A DNA stretch of 33,921 nucleotides, taken from the NCBI GenBank assembly GCA_900088475.1, contig FLMG01002414.1:1-33921 (forward strand). The letters are read 5' to 3'. This stretch comes from Hyphochytrium catenoides. Lineage: Eukaryota; Protista; Hyphochytriomycota. Below, piece by piece: positions 24,267 to 33,921 of this stretch. The translations under genes and the position numbers were made by a program. Position 1 is the first letter of the stretch; every line of letters begins with the position of its first letter. A model generated the notes under the pieces. It was not told where the DNA came from. It made no database searches and saw only the letters and a program-made list of their open reading frames with translations.

Positions 24267-27200
24267 ATGATGCAAATGGACTCACCGATAGCAGGCTCAG
24301 CAAGCGCAGGTTACGGCGCCACTGAAGGTGAGACTGACGCACTTTGCTTGTTTTCCTCCTCTTCCCCAGCCCTCGAGCTGGTTAGGGATGTCTCCTTCTC
24401 TTTTCATCGAGAGTGGGCCAACAAGGACGTTTCGGCCTACATTTATTATACTTCTTACATCTTCTTCTCTTTACCCTCAGCTCTGTCTGTTGGATCCTTG
24501 GAACCACCTACGGTACCCAGACAGATTGCATATCCCCGCCTCCAGTCAGAACTTCGGCTAAAGCTCGATGAAGTGGACAGGAGAGAAAGAATCCTCCCAA
24601 CCAATAAGGGGAGTGATGGACACACAGAAGAGGAGGGAAGCACTCCTCTCCTTCCTAGTGCTCTCTCTTTTTCTTCAGGAGTGGATGAGGTGGTTTGGGA
24701 TCGGGTGATCAAGAGCCTCGATCGCTCTGTATGTGTTCTGTACAACTGCTGTCAGGAGGAGGACTCAGAAGAAAAGTGTGTGAAGGCCATGGAGCTCTTC
24801 GAACTCTACCTTTCTGACTTTGAGCGGGTAAGAGCTATAACTTTGTCTTATCTTAAGGGAACCATTCCGCTTCTTTTGTTATTGTATCGCTTTAGTCCTT
24901 GGTCCTTAAGCTCTATGACACTATTGACTCTTTGTTTCAAGGTTAAACGACGCAGGGTTCATTCTTGTTCTCTATCTGATAAGCCTAAGACTGAGTTGCT
25001 CTCGGAACCGATCCTTCACAGCCTTACTTATCAGCTCTCTTAGTTCTACTATGTGCTCGGCGCTATTCCCTCCTGCGCTTAGCCTCTGCTTATCTCACCT
25101 AGTAGGTGTCTTTCTTGCAGATCTTTTCGAGGGTTCCTCGCGTCATCGCCTTATCGATTGATGATATACCACGTTATATATTCATATATTGTGATTCTTG
25201 GCCCCATCCTGACTGGCTTTGCTTCTATTACAGCTTCTTCACACTAAGCGGCTCAGTCAACGGCTAGAGACGTGGGGGACCGGTGGCGAGGAGTTGTCCC
25301 TCTTGCCGTTGGACGAAGGTGGGCAGCGTTCGAAATTCTCCCCTCTTCACTTTCCCGTCACCTTAGCACGCCGTCAGCTCATGCCATTGTTCCACTATCT
25401 TTTCCCATTATTGGTAATAGGGGCAGACTCTTTTTGCAAGCATGCTTAACGTCGAGCACGTCTTTCTGTAACAATTTTCATTCTAGACCTTCCTCCTCCT
25501 ATCTAAATAACCGCCTCCATGCCCAGCGCTTCCTCCGTTCTCACCGTTCAACGTTTGTGTCGCGTTCAGGAGGGCGAGGACAAGTGCAACAGGAAGGTGG
25601 TGGTCGCTGGCACGCTGCAGGACTGTATTGCAACGGTCCTCGAGACTCCTTTTATCACAGTAATCACAGTGACACCCAAGCTAGCATGGAACCATGGGTA
25701 TGATGTGGCTAAACGTTTTTTATCCCTGATGGCAAGCATTGGAGGGGTTTAGCGGAAACAGTGGACCGTACAGGAAAGGGTCAAGCGAAAAGCGTCGTTC
25801 TAGGGCCATGAGAAGTAGGAAAGGACACTTGCTTCACAAACGTTGAAGAGATAGGCGAAAGGACAACCAAGCGCGGAAGTACTTACAAGTGCCCTACTCC
25901 GTCAATTCTTGGCAGGTGCATGGGCCCGAGGCATTGGGACTGGAAGATGATGATATGGAAGAGGATTTGGAAACGCTACGCCTCTTGGACATGGACTTTA
26001 TGGCCGATGGCGATCATATCGCAGAAGAACCCGACGAAGGAAGGGAGAGACTTCTTCGGAGCTGCAGTCCCTCCACCGTAAGCACTATTGATGAGGGTGA
26101 GGAAGAAGACCGAGATAGTGAGCAGCCTACGGGTAAGTCACTTAAGAGGGATGGGAAGTATCGGTCCTTCTCCCTATCCCTCAACCATTCTATGAGGAAT
26201 ATATAACAGTGTCTCCACGCAGATAATGATAATGTGAGGAAGGGATCCAGGCTAAATCTTCGTATTGATATTGAGGAGGTGACCCCTTTGATTGCGAAAA
26301 GCACTGAGGAAGATAGGGGACTAGGCGGCCAGCCTAGGTGTGTCGGCACACTCTTGTTTTCGTGTTATCTCTTCGCCTACAATCTCTTACCTGTTTCTCT
26401 CCTTTGTCAATAAAACCTGTTTGCGTCTGTCTTGGTCAGCGAGGGCCTCCTTCTCTCTTCCTCCGCTTCACCCCAGCATCGTCTACACCAGAAGCTTTCT
26501 TCCCCCGAGAGGAGGAAGAAGACTCCGTCGGAGACAAGAAGGAGACATGAGAAGAAGATGTTGGTAGCTGAGCAGAATCGGAGTCGAATAGACAGCGAGA
26601 GACAGGCTAAGCTCAGAGTTGCGGCGGACAGAGTGAAAGGAGTTAGTCAACGACAGGCTAAGAAGCTGCAACAACAGGAAGAGACCTTGCTTGCGAAGTT
26701 GGACAGAGCAGGTGATTTTCATTTCTCTCTTCCCAGAGATCGCTTCCTGTTCCTTTTGCCGTTCGGCTGATCATCGTTCCTGTACTCTATGTTGGCTACT
26801 AGGTAGTCATTCTTGACTTCCTAGCGCTCCAGACCCCGGATTTGGGGCTGAACTATAAAGCTATGCATGCTCTGCTCTGTGAATCCGTGACAGCTCTTCT
26901 TGATGAATGCCAACTGTCGTCTTCCTTTTTTTTTTCTTTCGCTATGTCTTATCCTTCCAACTTAGGTGAGCTACACTCGGCGCATCTGCGTACTATCGCT
27001 CGGAAGGCTGGAAATGAGAATACGAAAGTGGAAGAAGTCGGATTCATCAAGACACTCACAACTGAGAATATGAAGGTGAAGCAGAGAACGCTGATTCATG
27101 CTTCAAGGCCGAGGGGATTGCTAGTTCTGACTGCGGTATGCTGCAGGTCAGCCTAGAACAGAGGTTAGAGAGCAGCGAGCTAAGAAGGCAACAGCAGCTT

Positions 27201-30200
27201 CTCCGGCTGAGGGAAAAGGCAAAGGGTAAGGCAGAAAAGGAGAGAGAGGCTGCTGAAAGAAGGAAGGAGATAGAAAGCGCTGGAGCAGAACGGTTGGCAG
27301 CTCTTCAGAAACGATTGGAGGATGTAGAGGCCAGGAGGCAGGAAAGAAGAGCCGCGGCAAAGAGACGAGAGAGTCTTAACAAGGTAACCACGTCTTTGAC
27401 TACCATCCGATGATATGCAGCTCGCGACGGGGCCATGAGACCGCTATGTTCCCTGAATGCCTACTTCCTGCTTCATGGTATTTTCTCTTCGCTGGGATCT
27501 AAGCGCGTCATCAAACGCATCACTTAAGAGCCAGGCGTACGTTCTTTGGTCCTTCACTATCTCACATTCGTCTGTGAGTCTCATGAATCCTTCTTGCTCA
27601 TAGACTGACCTTGACATGAAGACCCCGGAGAAGTCAGAGCACTCTCCACTTTCTCTGTTGGCAGGGGTCGAAAATGTCATGGGTATCCGGCCAAGAAGAG
27701 AGCGAGAGAAGTCTATGCGTCAGAAGGCTAGGAAGATCAGACAGAAGCTAACTGCAACATCACCGGGTACGGTCCTGCGTTACTCCCTATCTATGCCTTA
27801 CTCTGCCTGTTTCCTCCGTTTTCCGGTCACCGCCATCTTACTGAAATTGCTTTCACCACCAGGTGTTAAAGAGTCGGATCTCCTCATTCCAAAGTCTCTC
27901 CCCGCAAGTGAGGCGACGTCAAGAAAACTTCAGCGCTGTCTCGAGACTCTGGCGCAGACGTATGAGAAGTATAGCGGAGACGAGTTCCCCTCCTATTCTT
28001 CAGCTGGAAGGGTAATTCTTCCTAGAGACACCGTGCAAGCGGAGGCGGCACTGAGAGAGATTAGCAGGATTACAGATCTCAGATCCGATAGTGATCTACA
28101 TTTGATTCGGTCTCTTGGAGGGATACGAGTACTATCTCTGTTGGCCACGCTTGAGATACTGCTTCCTTCCCTCTCCTCAGCTGCACTTAGTGTCCTGGCA
28201 ACACTTTCACTTCTCCCGGCCAACAGAGACTATCTACTCGCCTCTGATCTTCTACCCGAGCTGGTAGATCTCCTAGTGCGAGTGTTAAGCAGCCGTAAGC
28301 CTTTAAGCTCGACGGATGAAGATCACGAGCAGCTGATTATCAATGTGCTCAATCTGATGATCCTTCAGCTATGGCATAAGCCTAGGGAAGAGCTGCAGCC
28401 AACTAAGAGCGAAGTTTTTAGGTGCGTCTCCCGCCATCGTGGTGTCTTTCCGTCTTTGTCTCTGCTGCGTATCAATTTCGCAGCGTGCTGTGTTTCCGTA
28501 CGATAACTCTATCAGAACCACTCTTTAGTAAAGGAGACAGTTTCTCTTACTTCTGTTAACTCATCGAGTTGACCACCCTTGTGTCTACTACTAGGTATCT
28601 AGTCAACGCCGGGGCTATGATGCGGATTGCCGACCGGTTCATTTCTTACCGACAGGGCTATTATACGGGTGTCGAGGCTTCCAACACGCGCCTACTGCTG
28701 AAAAGCTTGGCGTTTTTGGAGGCACTGACGGGATCCGCGGCCGGGTACGAAACATTAAGGAGAGACAGGGCGTGGACCGACGCACAACACGCCGCTAGGC
28801 TAATCATGCACCTAGAGCAAAATGGAACTATAGGCCCATGACTTGGTTACTCCTCACCAATATCCTTCTTGTCTCTGACCTCTCTCACACAAATCGCTCC
28901 CTTTTGACATCCTTCAGTACCCGTGCCCAACCCGCTTTTACCATGGCAGACCTGCGCCTCCCCGTCATAAGTGTCTTTAAAGAGACTGGACTCATGGGTA
29001 AAGTAGAATGCTTTCATCCCTCTCTACGTCAAGGACAGACTCTGACTCTGCTCCATCAGGTATTGTCTCTCTCTTAATCTCTTTGATATGGGCGAATCGA
29101 GGCCCAAACAGCCAGCAGGTGGACTCTCAGGACCTCTCTGTTCCCATGATGAAGATTGCTTGGATGGCTCTCAAAGTTCTGAACAATGTTGCGAGAGTGG
29201 ATGTGAAGTTGGTGCAGGTATGAGAATCTGGAATGAACTGAAGAGCGTCGAAGGACCAGAAGATTAGAAGTAAGGCCGACGCGAGACCAACAAATGGCCT
29301 ATAAAGGACGGAAAGACCTGCACAGAGAGAAAGTGATTGTCGTAGGAGGTTTGAGGAATATCACTCTCCGGCAGAAGGGCCAGGTCTTTGAAGAGAGGAC
29401 GAGAAGTGGCATCCCATGAGCTTTCTCCAAACCACTGTTAATGTGCTCTCATATCCATGGACGCTATCCATCCTTTGATTCCCGTTAACTATTTTGCAGG
29501 CTACTCTTTGCTCGGCTAGCGTACAGCGAGAGTTTAACCACCTTCAAGGATATCTTCTCCCCAGGATCCATCGCCAGCTTCGTCCTTCCTTTTCTCTCTC
29601 TCCCTCTTCTTCTCCTTCTCCCTCCTCTTCGCTCTCTCCTCATGATTTAGACGAGGCCGATGAACTGTTGCACGAACTGCTCATCCTCTTGGGCTACTAT
29701 GCCCTACAAAACCCTAAGAGTCAGGAGACCTTAAGATGGGGAGTGCCATCAGTTCTGCAGCAACTCACAGCTTTGCCATTTAGATATTTCTCTGATGTCA
29801 GGTAAGGGCAAGCACCTCTTCTTTTGCAAGCGAATTATCGAGTTAAATAGTTGTTTCGCCTTTGCCGAAAGATTCCCTTCAAACGATGGGGTATCCCTAT
29901 ATGTTCTCGGCTTGATGACACGGTTTAAAACTGACTTTACTGTCCTTCTATGGACCTGCCTCTGGCACCCGCACTCTTGTCGCACTTAATATCGCTAATC
30001 CTTGTCACATTGAATGTCGCTAATCCGGTCTTACCAGATTTCAGGACATCCTCTTTCCGACCCTTATAGCTGCGTGCTTTGAGTCTCCCCAAAACTGCTG
30101 GATTGTGGAGCAGCAATGCAGCTGCAAGTTTCTTCTGGTCTATCTCCTTAGACATAAGACTAGCCGCGAAGACGGTATCGCAGCCGTGAAGAGTGATGTA

Positions 30201-30477
30201 GTCTCTTCCCTGGCGTACCATTGCTCAGGGACAGCAGAGGCTGCGGAATTTGAGGAAGGTAAGAGCCTTCATCTGGATTGTGCCCTTTTCCTTTCCGTCC
30301 TCATGTTCGGTTCCTTCGTCTTTCCTTCCTCGCCCAGCCGATGGGGAAGCTCATGACGTTCCCTCCTGGATAAATTTTGCCAATCGGTTTCCTGTCTTTC
30401 TCTGGGACCGAGCCATCCAGTTCTTTTCCTCACCGGCCAAGTGTGGAGATTGGGGGCTACTAGATTGTCAAGAGTAA
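24267..30477 (+). CDS. SCAPER: S-phase cyclin A-associated protein in the ER (SCAPER) homolog, ~17 exons
   Basis: Approximate exons: 24267-24327, 24481-24827, 25234-25318, 25570-25697, 25916-26132, 26223-26337, 26440-26711, 26966-27075, 27147-27383, 27604-27766, 27863-28421, 28595-28744, 28918-28997, 29060-29217, 29500-29801, 30038-30258, 30338-30477. Motifs: SCAPER_N-like WDRVIKSLDRSVCVLYNCCQEEDSEEKC...DFE, LHQKLSSPERRK, IARKAGNENTKVEEVGFI, coiled coil, LLHELLILLGYYALQN..Q..LRWG.PSVLQQLTALPFRYFSD, ILFPTLIAACF, RFP..LW..A..FF. Confidence 0.9.
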
Positions 30478-31061
30478 GAGGAAAGTCGAGAGATGGTGAA
30501 AGAGACAGATGAAGGCACTGTGAGAGGGTCAGGTAGAAGTCCTTCTTTGACTCTGAGTTTGGAAAGACTGTCCACCATATTCGGCAGCGCTCTTCTTAAT
30601 TGTGGTTAGTGTCTTCTGACATGGAGCAGCGCTCCTTGTCACAGAAGCTAAACGCATGTGTACTCATAAGCACAGAGCACTAGGCACAGAAGCAGGCTGT
30701 GACCTCATTACGTGCTACATAATAAACTATTTATCAGGTAAAGAGCGATTAAGGTATCACAAGCGTAGAGGACAGTGAGAGTATAGCAATGGGAGAATGT
30801 CATACTTGGTGGCAAGATATAGGTCCATACAGAGCCCTTAATCGGAAGTCGCACGTCGAACCAGAGCACGCCACTGAAATAGCGCCGCCAATAATAACCA
30901 ATACCGGGCTCATCTGCCCTAACCTGATGCTTTTAGGCGCCGGTGTGAAGTCCTATCCTCTCTATTCTTGTATCTCAGGTTTGGGAAACTTCTTTTGTCA
31001 TTGCCTCCAATGATTGACGCAATTCACCCCGCCACTGAAGGACGAGTATGCGCAGTCTCCC

Positions 31062-33501
31062 CTAGCGTTGTACTTGATGAAGGTTCGACATCAGCCGAAA
31101 GACTGCAAAGGGATCGATTGGGGTCAGGGTAGATAAAGAGTGGGTTGATCCAACGAAACCACAGGCAAACATCAGATAGCACACAATGACGTCGAAGGAA
31201 GGAAAGATCTGCGTGTCGTTAGGACTTTCAACGGTCGTTAGAGGGCTACCATTTGCTCCGTTACCTTTGTTGAGCATGTCCGAGGTCTCATCGATGGCGG
31301 TTCTACACGATGCAACTGATGATGATTTCTTGCACAGAACCAGGAGTGTGCCCCGTTCCATACGACGAAGAAATATGCGGGAGTTTCTACTTCCTTCTAA
31401 GTCCAGAGTTAACGCGCTGTCGCCGTTGAAAGACACTGGAAATACCACGTGGTGCCAAAGAAACGACGCAGAGCAACTAGTTAATACTCTGGAGGTCCAT
31501 GAGATCCATGGGTAGAGAACATGGTGTTTCTCACTTAGCGAAGAATGGCGGGAGTCAAAGTACAGGCTAGAAAATAGAGTTCAAGGTGCCGCCACCACGA
31601 GGAAGAGGGCGGGAACTGCCAGAGAGGAGGCAAGTGCTCCGGAAAACTAGATGCAAAAGGCTATTCAATGCGACACACTGGCAACGTTATGGAAGAGCCG
31701 AGAGAGACACGGAGCAAAGGGCCCAGGAGGAGCGGGGAACATGTCAACAAGGAGCGGCTAGCAAAATCCTTTTTGCCCAGGAAGGGTTCGACAGGCTATC
31801 TTACTTATATCCGTTGAAAGACTAAGTAAGGCTTGCAAGTTTGCCATCACACCGAGCTGATCCACTTCTGAGGTCGAGTGCGTGACAGAATCATCCGTCA
31901 CAAGTACTGCCTTCATAATCCCCCGACGATGGTGTACTATTCCAAGCAATGACATGCAGTGAGAAAGAGTTAGTGTCCAGAAGAGGAAAATCAAGTAACA
32001 TGAACTTCGTGTGCCGTCTCTGAAGATAGTATGCTGACCAAAGAATTAGCGCAGAGAAGGCAGTAGACGAGCTGATGCAGGAAAACAAGTCCAGAGCTCT
32101 CTTCTCTTACATTTTGAAAGTATTGGCTTCACAGACCGTCGTATTACCTGCACGAGCATAGATGACAGATACGGAGTCTTAAAACCGAGTGATACCCCCA
32201 GGGTATAGAGGACGGACAACTGTCACGAGGAAATGTCACAGCCAGCTCATACAGTGATGGGTGGTCTTTCAATTCAGAAAGATCTGAAGGAGAGACACCA
32301 GATTTCTCAGTAGTTGGTGGCAGGATAGCTCAACAGAGAGGAAGCATTCCTTAGGGCGCTTGGCCTAAGGAGATGTGTGACAGACCTCTGAGACCCTGGA
32401 ATTGAAGCTATGGAAATCCTTAAGGTTGTGTGCGCCTGCACCCAAAGATGAAGAGTGTTCTTCCACGAAGGCAGAGAGGAGCTCGTTGGCGATCAACTTT
32501 CCAAAGTCCTGGCCGTAGGTGTGAATTAAGGCTCCATAAGGCACAACAGACGAAGACAGGAAAGTATTCTGGACGACAGCAATGAGGGTTCTGAGCGCAT
32601 CGACGAGTAGAACATAGGGAACAATAGAACAGAGACTGAGATGGAAGGACATAAAGCGCAAGAAGCTATTCATCTACGACGACGGCGAAGGGAAAAGAGT
32701 AGGATATGTCTTCTTTGTCCTGGAAAAGCGCGCAAAAGACTTTGGCTGTCTCATTGATGACGAGGGTCACGGCCACTGCAATAACAAATAACAGACATCA
32801 GAGGGAGCTGACCCAGATGGCTTTGCATTTACCAGAGAACTATGCTTTTGCAGGCAAGTTGGGGAGGATAGGACTGCGATTCTACTCTGAAGGATAAAGC
32901 GCCATAGGGGTGGATAGTGATGTGGAAGCCGATCGGGGAAAGCACCACGATAAGGAGACGGAAGGGGCGAAGCGACGAACCGTGAGAGAGCTCAATGTAT
33001 GACACTGGAAGCCCTGTCGTTTTCGAAGAGAACTCTACCAATGCAGTAAGAAGTGAGCCGACGAGCCGTGGCTGGCAGAAGGAAAGGGTGTCAGCACGAG
33101 GACAAAGAGGTCGGCGAAGCATTTCGCGCTTTGTCATCTCATCTCCCTCTTTGACAAACCTCCTACCCACGTCCCTTTCCGACGCTTTGTTTGATGCTCT
33201 CTCTCTCTCTCTCTTCTTCTCTCTCTCTGAGATCTTTTTCTCGGTCTCTCTGGGATGAGAAATATCTGATGCCTAACCTCATGCCAGCTTTTCTTTCTCT
33301 CAGAAGAGGAAACCTAGTTCCAGCCATGAAGCTTTCTTCCTCTCTCTCCTTTTTTTGCTCTGTCTCCCTGCCTCTGTGTGTGTGTGTGTGTTTGTCTCTC
33401 TCTTTCTCCCTCTCATCTCTTACCTGTGCCACAGCGTTGACAAACTCTTTGGAGAAAAGGAGCAAGCCGCTTGTGGACATTATCAAGACAGTTCGAAGCA
33501 T
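31062..33501 (-). CDS. Unnamed ~248-aa protein, predicted N-terminal longin domain plus C-terminal roadblock/LAMTOR-like domain; 8 exons
   Basis: Phase-consistent exons (5'->3'): 33501-33424, 33071-32981, 32775-32708, 32514-32386, 32147-32111, 31936-31805, 31435-31265, 31102-31062. Protein: MLRTVLIMSTSGLLLFSKEFVNAVAQPRLVGSLLTALVEFSSKTTGLPVSYIELSHVAVTLVINETAKVFCALFQDKEDGQDFGKLIANELLSAFVEEHSSSLGAGAHNLKDFHSFNSRVSEVIRRSVKPILSKLHHRRGIMKAVLVTDDSVTHSTSEVDQLGVMANLQALLSLSTDIMSFNGDSALTLDLEGSRNSRIFLRRMERGTLLVLCKKSSSVASCRTAIDETSDMLNKVFRLMSNLHQVQR. The gene structure is well supported; the domain call rests on pattern recognition only. Confidence 0.8.
32515..32707 (-). other. U12-type (minor spliceosome) AT-AC intron, 193 nt, intron 3 of the longin/roadblock gene
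   Basis: The minus-strand 5' splice site is GAC|ATATCCTAC (U12 consensus RTATCCT). The 3' end is GAGCCTTAATTCACACCTAC|GGC, with a CCTTAA branch motif ~11-12 nt before a terminal AC and no polypyrimidine tract. Removal joins exons in phase 0 to give FQDKED-GQDFGKLIA; read-through hits a stop. Confidence 0.85.
33195..33420. repeat. CT and GT microsatellites inside intron 1 of the longin/roadblock gene
   Basis: (CT)n at ~33197-33228 and ~33396-33420, and (GT)n at ~33375-33391 on the + strand. Confidence 0.9.
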
Positions 33502-33921
33502 TGCCCTCTTCTGTAGGACGCCAACGAGGACGACAGAGCTCCTACTACACTACGGTGCCAGGGCCATGATGCCAACTTGTCCTGAGGATGTCCTTATGGT
33601 CTTCGAGTTCCGGGTAAAGTTGCAAGCAATCCAACAGTCAAGATTGGCTACAGGGATGAGGACGGCGCATTGATACCGACTGACAAACGCGACAACAGAA
33701 AAATTGACTGGAAGACAAACAGGATGAAGCCTTGGAGGGAGGACGAGAGCTAGAGAGATGCCAACGAGGAAAGTCAGGAAGCCGCCCCTTCGAAGAGGGA
33801 TGCCAATCTGCTGGGACCTGGTGCAGCGGAGAAGCCCACGGATGGGAAGGAGTGAATATATATAGATACGGATGACGAGCCAGAAGCGAGAAAGCAATAG
33901 AGAACCGCACCGAGCAAGTTG

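Noticed and set aside
29440-29900. Other ATATCC/GTATCC hexamers (~29451, ~29891) as additional U12 donors
   Set aside because: They are internal to ordinary GT-AG introns and not at exon boundaries.
1-33921. CRISPR arrays, tRNA/rRNA genes, transposase or reverse-transcriptase ORFs
   Set aside because: None were seen by eye. A covariance-model search would be needed to exclude small ncRNAs.

Overview
Eukaryotic, intron-dense genomic DNA, probably from a protist (taxon not determinable from this window), with GA/CT microsatellite-rich stretches and one 72-N assembly gap. Exon chains were reconstructed by hand with splice-phase checks. The window holds: (1) an intronless subtilisin (S8, with PA and Fn3-like domains) relic at 1-2400, whose prodomain and catalytic Asp lie on the MINUS strand while the His and Ser motifs lie on the PLUS strand, plus two frameshifts; (2) a divergent CDC50/LEM3 flippase beta-subunit (+, 7 exons); (3) serine palmitoyltransferase subunit LCB1/SPTLC1 (+, 13 coding exons) with an unusual basic C-terminal tail; (4) DCAF1/VprBP (-, ~30 exons); (5) SCAPER (+, ~17 exons), head-to-head with DCAF1; (6) an unnamed ~248-aa protein (-, 8 exons) that looks like a longin domain fused to a roadblock/LAMTOR-like domain, whose third intron has the signatures of a minor-spliceosome (U12-type) AT-AC intron. 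The most notable items are the longin-roadblock gene, its AT-AC intron, and the internally inverted subtilisin. Most ORFs in the supplied track are exon read-through, antisense shadows or microsatellite artefacts.
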